Below, piece by piece: positions 52,593-64,000 of a stretch of 64,000 nucleotides of DNA. Position numbers and translations under genes: made by a program. The stretch comes from Dicyema japonicum (Eukaryota > Animalia > Dicyemida). Position 1 is the first letter of the stretch. Every line of letters starts with the position of its first letter. A model generated the notes under the pieces. It was not told the origin of the DNA. It made no database searches and saw only the letters and a list, made by a program, of their open reading frames with translations. The DNA is taken from the NCBI GenBank assembly GCA_011109175.1, contig RDEW01000018.1, forward strand, positions 417,091 through 481,090, read 5' to 3'.

Positions 52593-52680
52593 CAGGGTTT
52601 CCCAAAGTGGGCGATTTCGCACCCTTGGAATTCAAAGAGGGCGTTTATGAGTAATCGCCCCCTTTGAATTTTGACACAGA
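52593..52680 (+). mobile_element. Solitary hAT left end
   Basis: CAGGGTTTCCCAAAGTGGGCG is a Charlie/Buster-type terminus. No partner end was found. Confidence 0.5.
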
Positions 52681-52689
52681 AATGAGGGT

Positions 52690-54000
52690 CCTTATTGCTA
52701 GAAGAAATAGACTAAAAAAACTATTGATAAAACAGCATCTTTGAATACTGAAATTACAGATCTGAATAAGGAAATTACCAAAAAGATCAGAAATTAAAAA
52801 AAATTGGAAACTGCTTTGAAATTTTATGTCAGTTTAAGTCACAAATCATATTTGAAGCTGGATCATCAACCGAATCACAAGAAGAAAAAATATCCATACA
52901 TCGAATATTTCAAACCACTGGAAGTATTTATGCAATTAAATACGTGAAAAATATAAAATTTAAAGGGGCGGATGACATTTCAATAACTGAATTGAAACAC
53001 TTAGGTCAATAGCGAACGATGCTCACTGAAATTTTAATTACTCAATGAATAGAAATGAGATTCCTCATTATGGAAAAGATCACTTATACATCCAATACCT
53101 AAAAAGAACAAAACTTTAACGACCCGGAGTTATCGTCCAACATCGATTCTTTATGGCCTTTTAAGAACATTGGAAAAATTAATCCTCCACACGATAATCA
53201 TTTGCTGATCTTGCAAGTTTACAGCATGGCTTCAGATCGGGATACTCAACTTGAACACATCTAACAAAACTAATCAGTTCATCTCGGATGACTGAACTAC
53301 TCGAAAATACATAAAAGAACGGTACTTGTCGCTCTGGATATCGAGAAGGTGTTTGATTCGGTACCGAGGAAGACTCTAACGACAAAAATTTTTGACACCG
53401 ATATCATCAAAAAATCCAGACGTGGCTGGGCAATTTCATTAATGGTAGAAAAGACAAGTTGTCATGAATAATAGAAAATCAAGACAACGATACCTCCCCA
53501 ACGGGGTCTCTCAAGAATCCCCTTTATCACCAACCTTGTTCAATTTATTTACAAGAGACCTTCCAAATTCAAAATACCATCCTTCTGTCTTATGCCGACG
53601 ATATCATTGTCGCAGAAAAACACCAAGACCATAAAGAAGCTGCACGAAGGGTTCAGGAGACCCTCGACATTATGAACCCATGGTTCCTCAAAAACCACAT
53701 GAAAATATCCCCTGGGAAGTCGAGCACTGCGATTATCTCCTCCTACAGGAAACATACATCCTTCGATCCTAAATTAACTTGGAATGGAGAGCTTATCCCA
53801 GTTAATAAGAACCCATCAATCCTTGGAGTTACATATGACCCGTTGATGACGTTCACACATCATGTGGACACAATAATTTCAAAAGTTCAAAAAAAGATGG
53901 GGATCCTCAAAACCTTTGCTAGATCGCCAATATCTTCACTTTCTCATTTTAAATTATTATACAAACAGTATATTCTACCGACAATGGAACATAAATGATT
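52690..54000 (+). mobile_element. Degenerate Ingi/Vingi-like LINE (RT region)
   Basis: LQHGFRSG, TVLVALDIEKVFDSVP, YADDIIV and SILGVTYDPLMTFTHHVD. Confidence 0.8.
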
Positions 54001-54378
54001 ACACTTTTGTCAATATCCACGCAGAACAAATTAGAGGTCATACAAAACTAATGCCTCCGGGTCCTTCCTAAATGTGACAGAATGACACCTACGTCAGAAA
54101 TAGGAACACATTAGATCTCAAAAAAGTTATGGAACATCTTGGTGACAAACAACAAAAATTCTTGAAATTCTTGCGATATTTTGGTAACCCCTTGAAGATG
54201 AGTTTTTTGCCTATTAGAAGTATGCTCGCAAATTTGAGATCAAACCTTCCCCTTTTGGACGATCATGAAACATTGCAAACAGAGTCGAAATAAAGGAGGA
54301 CGCACTGACATCGGGATCACTAATAAAGACGATAACTCTTTCCTCTTTCCTGTGTTCCCGGGGTTTAATAATAATTTT

Positions 54379-55125
54379 TTGGTGTGGTGGTGACGTGCCT
54401 CGTTTCTTTTCTGTACAACGGTTAAGAAAAATGTCTAAAAAGCAGAAGATACAAGAGAATATGCTTACCCAAAACTTCTTACGTTTAATTCTAGAGGAAT
54501 ATCTAAGCCTCATTCAAGAAATACTCTCTGTGATGACCTAGAAAAATATAACGTTTTTATTAGCTGTATACAAGAGACAAAAATTACGTACTATCTCGAT
54601 GAAAACCATCAACACTATCGATTATTAGGCCTACCCAGTGACTCAAAACACTATGGTCTTGGATTCGCTATTCACAGAAAACAATCACCTGACATCAGTC
54701 CCATTTGGCGGGTGAATGACAGGATCTGCGTAATACAACAACCAGTGTTCCCTAAAATACACTAACAATTATAAATGTATATGCACCACACTGTGGGAGA
54801 GTGGCAAAAAAACTGGATGAATTCTACTTAGCATTATCAAAGACGTATAATGAATATTAGTTGTCCTCACTTATATTCATTGCTGACGATCTAAATGCGA
54901 AAATTGGAACAAAAAAGAACTCAGAAGATACCTTCATGTGAAGACACGGAAAAGAAAGTTGCCTAGGACCATACTTGGCCATTTCTGTACCGCAAACAAA
55001 TTGTTCTTGTGCAACACCGCATTCTCTCATCGTGCATGCACATAACCACTTGGATGGGCGAACGAAAAATCCCAGATGGAAAACTAGCCCTATATATAAC
55101 CAAATTGATTATATTATATAATCCT
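54379..55125 (+). mobile_element. RTE LINE 5' fragment (5' UTR motif + APE)
   Basis: FNSRG, ISCIQETK, HYGLGFAIH, NVYAPH, DDLNAKIG and NQIDYII. Shares the upstream GTGGTGACGTGC motif with the 17.5-kb RTE. Confidence 0.82.
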
Positions 55126-55229
55126 AACGGGTAGGGGGCAAATTCCACTAGAAATTCCAATAGTTTTTAAATATTCTTAATATTTTTTAATTAAATCTGT
55201 GAACTTTGGACGGAGGGGAGTGTTTTAAT

Positions 55230-55680
55230 TAATCTGGAAGCTTAAACTTTGGATAACAAATTTCTTAAGTGGACGGAAGGGACGTGATGCCTCGGAGGAC
55301 TGAAATCAGTCTCGCGTTTTCTCCCAAACGGTGTCCCCCAGGGATCTCCTTTATCCCCCGCCTTAATTCAATTTATTCCTGGCCGACCTCCCGACACCGG
55401 AATCCAATAACGATGTACTACTCTCATATGCGGACGACATTGTTTTGGCCTCGCGTGATCGAAAAGACTACAAATTAACCTGAACCAACTCAACGCCTGG
55501 GTAATGAAGAACCCACTCTTGATAAATTCCAGAAAGTCGGTCACGTCTATGTTTACTTCGGACAAAAGGTTGGGGAAGATGACTGTCAAGTTAAAATTGG
55601 ACAAGTTGAAATCGCCTTCAGTAAATGTCAGAAGATCCTGGGCGTGACACTGGATACACACTTATGTTTGTTACCACACC
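55230..55680 (+). mobile_element. Ingi/Vingi-like RT fragment
   Basis: WITNFLSGR, NGVPQGSPLSP, FNLFLADLP and SYADD. Confidence 0.8.
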
Positions 55681-55869
55681 CCGGTATGCGGGAAGGTGGC
55701 CCTGCAAATACAGTCTGCCGCCCAGTACGAGCTTGTAGGGTACGAGGGAGGAGCACCGGAAAAGAATAAGGATTTTGGCGGAACGCATCGGATCACGTGA
55801 TAGTTAGTTTTGGTTTTACCGTGGTCTTGGGTGTTAAATAAATAAATTAATAAAACAGTGACGATTTAT

Positions 55870-56330
55870 CAGACTGTGACATATTATATGCCGGATTAAC
55901 GACAAAAGCTCTCTTATATACGAAGGTTCAACAACTGTCAGCGATCAATAGAAAACATAACTGGAATTTTATGGACATATAAGATCTCGCGAAATGTACT
56001 GACTGTACAATAAGTGTGACTGTACATCTTAAGTCACGAGATCATTAGCTCTCGTTGGCGACTTTTTGGACACGTCATGAAGGTTGGACCCGATGTCCCC
56101 TTCGAATATCGCAATGGAAGATTACTACTCTTCCAATGTAAAACGCTTTCGTGGAAGACCGAGAACAACCCTTCCGGTCGATTTACAAAACGATTTGAAA
56201 GCCGTGAAGAAACCATTGGCATCTGGTGACTCACTGAGGACAGAAGAGCTTGGAGCAAGCTAACAAACTCTCTTATATTTTTTGCTAGGCTATAAATATT
56301 ATGGCTCCCGTGAAAGTGCTGATAATAATA
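55870..56330 (+). mobile_element. RTE LINE 3' fragment
   Basis: SSRWRLFGHVM...AMEDYY...FRGRPRTTLP, with an ATTATGGC...AAAGTGCTG(ATA)n tail. Confidence 0.82.
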
Positions 56331-56339
56331 ACACAGTCA

Positions 56340-56670
56340 TCCATCCAAAGAAGACCCCGCCGACAATATCGACGTTGCCTCTCACGTTTGCAACAGACAT
56401 CAAATGGAAAGCCACCGGGTCTCACGCGCGTCGTGGCTTTCTAGTGTAACTAGGTGTTTGAGTTTTTTAGGAAGCGAAGCGAATTTTCACTTATTCCTCC
56501 AGTTGTCTCGACCACAATCTGATTGAACTCGAATCGGTCGCGTAGCGCTTCGTATTTCTTCTCTTTTGCCCTCATCGTTTTTTCTGCAGCATACAGTGTG
56601 TCTACCGCGCTCCCGACAACGTTGGACAGACAAAATGGATGGACACAAGTAGCGTTCAGACCAAAGGCTT
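56340..56670 (-). mobile_element. CRE-clade 3' fragment
   Basis: KPLV.NATCV...AEK..AKEKKYEAL..RFEF...VVETTGG...WL...VRGN. Confidence 0.78.
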
Positions 56671-57247
56671 TTAGTCTGCTAATAAACCAGTAATTTTAAC
56701 AATTTCAGTCCAAACGAATGCTTGTGACTAAATCAGTAATTACGCCTAGACCGGTACATTGAGATCTTGTCGAGTAAAGGCAATATTCCACACAAAACGA
56801 AAATTATTTTTGGGTAACTATTTTGAAATTTGGTGTGGTAGAAAGTGCCATTAGAATATCTGCAAATGAAAGTTCTCGAATCCTGAATAGAATTTTTTTT
56901 AAATTGGAACCGTAGAACAAGGAAATAGGAAAAATTGAAGATGGTGATAATATTTTAATAAGCCACGACAGAGACGCAAACGTAGTTAATAGAAATACCC
57001 CTTATACGACAAATTTCAACGAAAAAAATATACAGCATATGCCAGATACTAAATTAAACAATTTAAAATAACATTTTTTAATAAATTGTATTGCTTAATT
57101 TAGTTTGCTCAACCATTTTCGGGAATTTTTATATAAATGAAAAACGCGACATTCAATCAATGATTTTGATGTAATGTAGGCTTGCAGGAGGTCACGATCA
57201 CTTAAATATTAGGGAGAAAATTAATAATTTCAAATATTTAATGATAG

Positions 57248-57900
57248 ATGAAGAAAAAACTTCAGAAATGTAATTTTTATAAAGGATTAATAATATTTTT
57301 AAAACCTCGCAGTTCTGGCGTCTCGCAGATATGGACTGACACTAAATTACTTATTTCAATCTTAAGTAACTTAAATCAAAATAAAAATGTCCCAAAAAAA
57401 ACTAAAAGTACGTGGTCGAAAATTTTTTTAAGTGAGATAAAACAGTAATTCATTATAATTGTAATACTACTGAGGGTACAGTTTGGTTGCAATCGTTTAC
57501 TTTAGGGGAAGTTTTGGTCGTAAACTGTGAACACACTTTGAAGGGTAAATGATATATCCATTTGGTCAGAGGTGGTTACTAAGCTATATTGTCTTTAAAT
57601 AATGTAAATAAACTTAAATAATTTCTATTCATTCCCAGGACCCTCAAACTTTTGAGTAATTTGCTAAACATAGTCGATGATCCATATCAAAATAATCCAA
57701 AGTATTTTGAGGGTTACTTGGATCTCCAAAATTATCATACAGATCAAACTAATTTTTACGGACATGGTATATACTTAAAAGAGAAAAACGGGTTTAAATT
57801 TTTGTGCAGATAGGGAGATACGGGAACTATTGAAATTTTTTCGAAATTCACCTCTATATTTAAGCACTACACCGTCCATTAGAAAACATGTTTTCTAATT
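57248..57900 (+). other. Possible orphan multi-exon gene or pseudogene
   Basis: Short open segments alternate with GT..AG AT-rich spacers of ~25-35 nt. I recognise no motif and could not close the frame throughout. Confidence 0.25.
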
Positions 57901-58199
57901 CAATGTTTTCATGTGTATGAATGTAATCAAATATGAATGATGGTTTTTCCAGCGACTAAAATCTATCCTTCATATTACGAGGATTTCGAAGACGTCGGAT
58001 ATAGTAGACTGAAGTGAAAGATTCAAAAACTATAGAAAAACAAATAAGAAACAGCCTAACAGGATTCCGACGTACTAATAAAAAAATCTGCGAGTTTTAA
58101 ATATTTGCGTTAATTCCGCTATTCAACATGTATTTAACAAAAATATACTTCCGTATATATGGAAACATTCTCAATGGAACATTTTGACATTTGGGGAAC

Positions 58200-58520
58200 A
58201 GAAGAGCAGAGCGGATGTTTGGCATTTAAGTCTTTGCAGATCCTTTAGTCAACACTGTCTCGATATGTTGAGGATATACGAAGTAAGAACAACTTTTGAG
58301 GGTATATAGACATTACACAGTGTAAAATATCTCTTCGGAGAAAAAAGATTCAAATGGGGTGATATCCGTAAATTTAAGTCCTTTCTTCAAAATAGTCGAT
58401 AACCCTCCTCCGAGACTTCTAGTTCGGTCCTTGCAAAGTATACAATATCCAAGAAAACAAGGTTTTGGGTATTTTCTAGAGAGCTTCGATTCTTGAGTGA
58501 TCGCAAAGTCCACTATCAAT
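58200..58520 (-). mobile_element. Ingi/Vingi-like APE fragment
   Basis: FAITQESKL...GY..L.KDRTRSLGGGL, then NVYIP. 58200-58310 is a close reverse-complement match to ~36510-36640. Confidence 0.8.
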
Positions 58521-58544
58521 TGGGATAAGAAGAGTGTAGTTTCA

Positions 58545-59790
58545 ACACTTTATTGTCTCTGTAGGTCAAAAGATCTTCGAACAAGGCTCTTTGTAGGTCA
58601 AAGAGGTCCTGCGTATGTATCTGCGGTTATTGTACTTAGCAAAGCGTGAACTGGGTGATTCGGGTCGAACGACTGCCGTAGGAATTGTAAATTACGCATT
58701 TCTAGGTGGTCATAGAGCGGGAGGATTTTCGACTTTCAATGTAAATGGTCGGTGGGGGTTGACTTTAAACAGCCAGTTATTATTCTCAGCGCCGAGTTTT
58801 GCACTTTCTGCAGTTCTTGAGAAAGGGACAAGGAGATTGAGGGGCGCCCAACTTGGTGAGCGTAGTTGAGTGTAGTCCTGATGAACTGTTTGTAGAGAGA
58901 GTTAAGTTTCTTTTTGCTGGACCGTTGAGTGGCCAGCTACTGCCCGTAATATGTTAAGTTCCGCTTGGCTTTTGTCATTACTTCCTCCACTTGTCGTTGA
59001 AACAGAGTGAAGGATCGAAGACAACTCCAAGGATCTTCGGTATTTATTTTAAGGGGAGTGGTTCGTCACCCAACGAGAGTGTGGGGTTTAGGTTGAATTT
59101 TCTTCGATCGTTGTGAACAGGGTAGCTGATGACTTCGAGGTGGAAACACTCATCCAGTTTAAGTTCATCCAGCGGATAGCAAGTTCAGGTGGTACTGCAC
59201 TTTTTCGGTGGCCATCGAACATCGCCACTCCTGGATGCGATTACTAGATCATCGGCATATGTCAATAGTTAACGTATTTTGGGTTGTTGGATGATTCTTT
59301 GACGTAAAGGTTGAAAAGTGAGGGTGAAAGGCACTGATCCCTGGGAACACGCGTTTGGTAGGAGTCGGTTATCTTGATAGATTTGAATATAGACACGTAT
59401 GACCCAGTCTTCCCGAGAGGAAATTTGCGAGCCATGACTTCCATACAGAGGGAATATTTGAAAGAATAGATCTTGTGCAGAGGACCACACGGGAGATTCT
59501 GTCGAAAAGCTTTAGTTAGGTCAATAGAGCGCCAAGACAGTTCGTTCCGGGGTTTGCAAGTTGTTGAAACCGTTGAGATGTATTGGGGTTAGTGTCAGTA
59601 ATGTGCGTGGTGGTCGAGTGTAAAAGGACGGAAACCATGTTGTGAGTCGGAGAGGTTCGAGGTAGGGGGTGATTTCGTTAAGAATGATCCTTTCGAGATT
59701 TTTGAGACAACAGATGTTAAGGAAATTGGCCTGAACGAAGAGGGCAAGGAGGAGGCTTTGTTGTTCTTGAGTATTGGGGACGCAAAGCTA
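58545..59790 (-). mobile_element. Ingi/Vingi-like LINE, RT to C-terminus
   Basis: RPISL, GFRP, IDLTKAFD, VPRDQCLSP, YADD, LGVVFDP, LQKVQNSALRIITGC and DPNHPVH. No RNase H follows. Confidence 0.85.
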
Positions 59791-59885
59791 AAATTCCGTA
59801 ATTGTTAATTAATATTTTTTATAAAAAATCATAAAATATTTTTATTTAAAAATTATCTTAATTATAAATTCATTTTTGTTAGAAA

Positions 59886-62260
59886 ATGGAAATACTTTCA
59901 TTATATGCGCGTTGCATCCAGAATATTAGAACAAACTTTTGTGAGAAGAAATATCAAGAATTATGCGAAAAATCTAAGAAAATAATTTCTAAAAAGATTA
60001 TTTAAAGAAATGAGATATTCGAATGATTTCCCTTTAAAAAGAGTATTAAAAGATTCAGATTCAAAAATATACAAGATTCCAGATGTAGTACAGAATAATA
60101 TTTTTTGTGTTGAATTGACTAATCGCAAAAGTAGACGTTAGAGATGTTGTCAAGATGATTCAAGTTTATCCTAATTTATCAAATATTAAAATAAGTGTCC
60201 TATACTCATCAGAAGAGAATCCTATACTACCGTTTTTACCTAATCACATCAAATCATTCACACTTTTAGACACTGATGACCCAGATTTGCTACATTCTCT
60301 TTTTATGACTGGATTTACCAAAATAACATTCCTTGAACTTTCTAGTGAATCTTCTTATAATCCTACAATTTTTAAAAATAGCACATTGAAAATAATGGAG
60401 AAACTGGAACACATAGAATTTTTTAACGTTAAAATTATCGACTTTGAAGAATTTTCTGCAAACTTAAACTGTCCAGAGTCTTTATGGTTCATTTTAAAAA
60501 GTAAAATTCAGTTATTTTGCGTACATGATTTATGGAGATTATAACAAGATATATTTGGATACAAGTATTATTAGCTCTTTTATCAAAAAAGCAAAGAATC
60601 TAACTTTTCTAAATTTATCGGGGTATTTCTTTGACGTTCATAAAGTTACAGAGTAATTGATTATAATAATCTTAGCCAAATGAAAATAAATGGATTGAAT
60701 AAACTTCATTCTAAGTTGACCATCATTTTCACTAAAGATATAAACCAATCGGTACATTTGAGAATATAATATAGAATGATCGAGAATCGGCATTAAATAA
60801 CTTAGTAAGGTTTGCCTATGAAGGACCTCCCGGACTATTGGATGAAACCCTGAATACGTTGAGCAATATTAAAATTCGAAATAACTTCATAAATCGATTT
60901 TTGAGAGTATTTTGAAAATATTATTATAGCTTCTTTCTAAGAAATATAAGGTTGATGACTATAAGAATTCAGATAATATTATGTAACTTAATTGTATAAA
61001 TACAGATCGATTCTTAATGACATCACCGACAAGCACCAGATTTCATATTTTAATCGTTGGTATGAGTTGATATTATTCTTAGTTTAATTTATGATATTTT
61101 TCTTCACGTGACTTTTGGTTACCATGCATTTTCGTGAAGATTATGTACTATAATTTTAAACTATTAGTTTATCGATAATTGTCTAAAGTTATTAGAATTT
61201 TTAAGACCATGGGAGAGATATCAATTTTCGTTTGATAAATTATTTCAATTTAGTTTACCTGCGTTGTGTTTAACGTACAAAGGAATATTTTTATTGGGCT
61301 ACCCCGAATATCAATATTTCCTTTATTGTCGCCCTATTATAAATTCTATGAGCAGAGAATTTCTATATTTTCTTGGTTCTTCAGGATTATCAAAGTTTAA
61401 AATTAATGACATGGTAATTTTAGAAGTGCGTTGAATGTCTTGAAACGTGTAATTACAGAGACTCTTACATATTAAATGTGTTGAAAGATTTTTTAGGTAT
61501 TCAAAATATATTTAGTTAGACGAAAATGAAAAAAATTTGGATTTATTTGTCGAACTAAATGGAATTTATCATATTCACAATATTTTTAAAAAACTTACAT
61601 TTAAACGCCGAATTGAAGGAGATCAAATCATAATTCCAACAATTTTTGCTTTGGAAACTTTAGCTAAATTTCCAAAAGCTAGAAAATTACTAGTATCGTA
61701 TGGAATAATAGAAGATTTATTGTAAAATTTATGTTTCATTAAAGGAATCTTCCTTACAACGAACTTAAATTTTTTGACCAATATTTTATCTGGAGTTTCA
61801 TGTGTTTCATATTGGGGGATGCAAATGATGTTTGTCTCACATTTGTAAGTTTGGATATCGGTAATTTGAATCCAAAAGAATTTATTCTAAATAAGATTTT
61901 TAAATTTATAAAAAAATTTCCATATGTAGCAAATTATGATAATATCTATAATAGGTATTTTAATATTCTATGTCGAAGGTCATTGATGCCAACAATAAAT
62001 TTATTAAATTTTACACGGATGAGCGAATTTGGCTATGGGCTGTCTGGGAATTTGCTAATTTAACAACTGAATATCGTAAATCTTTATTGTAATAATAGGA
62101 AATGAATTTATGGGCATGTTGGTTCCGCATAACATTATTCAAAAAATTGAGAATATATGTGCAATCCAATATGGAAGAGATCCATCACTATGCAGCAATT
62201 TTTATAACAAATTACAATGTTTTTATTTTATAATTTTAGAAATATATTAATCGTCACTAA
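59886..62260 (+). pseudogene. ZYG11/ZER1-like paralogue 3 (most divergent; several frame breaks)
   Basis: Same start context and intron positions as the other two copies. Frame breaks occur in exon 1 (~59990, ~60130) and later. Confidence 0.6.
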
Positions 62261-62777
62261 TTAAGTCTTCAAGTTAACTAATCCTTTTTAACATGTGTGT
62301 TTTATGTGTGGTATTATGTGTTTTCTTAGTTTTAAGGGATCACAGATTTTTTTCTTTTTTTCATATAGCCGTCTTAAACAAAGTAATACTTTCGGATAGA
62401 TCATCTCTATCTACTCTGTCGAGAAAACAAACCAACTTACAACCCACTTTATTTTACCAAAGATAAAAAGTCAATATTCAATAATCAACAACTCTATTGC
62501 ACCCAATAAGTTTCGGAATTCTTCAAGCAATTAAAAAGCTAAACACTGGAATGAATATCTGCAAGACCAGAAATTATCTCAGCAGAACTTTTAATATATG
62601 CCCGTAAGATCTAGCCAAAATGATCACCAATGTTTTCAATGGATCTCTTCATGAAGACCATAAGTTTGAACTGGGGAAGGTTGGCTAATACCTTTACAAA
62701 ACCCAAGAAAGCTATTGAAATACTTGTCATTATATGTCCCGTGCATTCGATTTGGTACACATGGGAAAACTTATAAG

Positions 62778-62920
62778 TAGGGCGATTTTTGTCAATAAGT
62801 AAAAAATGATGTGTTCTTTATAATTGTTTTAAACCTATAAAAATGTAGCTTTTAATCAAAAAATGTTATATTAATCAAAAGTGGTAAGTCAAAAAAAGTC
62901 GAAATTTTGAGTTTACTTTA
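62778..62920 (+). mobile_element. Left end of the CGGBP-type hAT family seen at 26105
   Basis: TAGGGCGATTTTTTGTCAATAAGT... aligns with 26105-26240. Confidence 0.7.
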
Positions 62921-63077
62921 GCCACGTGTTACATCTAAATGACAGGTCCCCACAAATGTCCAAAATCGCCGAATAATCTCCAAAATCGCATTTTAACTAT
63001 ACTATAAAAAATCAAAATTTCGACCTCTTCTATCTAGAAACTCGCCCACGTGGTTCCTTGATTTAACTGGGGTGAAT

Positions 63078-63400
63078 TTACCTCGCGATGAATTTACCGG
63101 TTACCGAATTGGAAAGCTGTGTTAGTAGTGGGATTTAAAACTTTTTTCCTATAAAATTCAAATCAATTCATGACCGCCTCTATGAAGAAATCGCCAAGAT
63201 AACACACAGAAAGTATGCTACAAATGAATGGTTTTAATTACGTTCTTACCCCCAAAGGACTTAAAAATAATTATATGCATACAAAGTTGGTTACGAACAT
63301 GTGAACAGAAAGTTTTCAGATTGTATTGAGACATACCATCTGATAATAGACAATCTCAAGGTGACTCTGATCTTTGTGCTTGTAATAGACCTTCTGAGTA
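63078..63400 (+). mobile_element. MULE relic (TIR-like end and FLYWCH-like fragment)
   Basis: A GGGGTGAATTTACC..GATGAATTTACCGGTTACC repeat is followed by MLQMNGFNYVL...EHVNRKFSDC. Confidence 0.4.
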
Positions 63401-64000
63401 GGTTACAAAATATAAAATACTCAAAAGTGGTTATTGACAATCAAACCTAGGATCTCTTAATTATGCAAATAACCACCTCTGTTTATGGAGGACATATAAA
63501 TATTTTCATGAAAAGAATACACAATAATTTAACCGAAATCTCGAAGTCTGAAGCTTGTTTATTTGACAGAATTTATGAATATCGATTTGAGTCATAGATG
63601 CTAGAAAAGCAGCATTTAAAAAAATTCGGTAAGTCAATTTTTGAATATTAATAAAGAGTACCGAATATATGACACTTGCAAGATTGAATTCGGCTAACAT
63701 AATCAAATCAAAAAATTATCATCTAATCTGGCCTCTATTCGTCCTTGTGGTAAGCTCAGTGCTCGAGTAGTAATGTCTTTTTTTATTTTCGAGTAATATT
63801 TAAGACCAAGAAATATTAATCATTTTGCCTGGAAACACACATGTATTTTGTAAAATAGTAAAATTCTCTTTCTGCAGCGATAAAGTATAGGGTTTTAACT
63901 ATGACTTAATTGCTTAATATTAATTATATTTTTTTCAAAAATGGATTGATAGCGCTTTTTGTGTCAAATTAAGGTTAAGGATGACATATTACTTTTTGAT

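Overview
This is eukaryotic, AT-rich genomic DNA in the standard genetic code. It contains no prokaryotic operons, CRISPR arrays, rRNA or confident tRNA genes. The ORF track looks fragmented because host genes are split by very many ultra-short GT-AG introns, mostly 20-30 nt. Splicing these by hand gives: a ~8.8-kb coiled-coil gene with ~60 introns and 7 tandem exon modules, a C2H2 zinc-finger gene, an IQCC-like gene, LENG1, TAM41, a PIP5K-like gene with degenerate catalytic motifs, and three divergent ZYG11/ZER1-like paralogues. The gene set looks animal-like, which suggests a reduced metazoan such as a dicyemid or myxozoan (inference only). Roughly 40% of the window is intergenic transposon sequence: RTE, Ingi/Vingi-like and CRE-clade non-LTR retrotransposons, two hAT families and MULEs, several nested and several with clear target-site duplications. 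The most unusual observations are the micro-intron architecture, host-type micro-introns inside a Buster-type hAT transposase, the diversifying ZYG11-like cluster, a probable PIP5K pseudokinase, and a CRE family with no fixed target sequence and a recurrent 5' truncation point. All calls come from reading the sequence and recalling family motifs; no database search was run.
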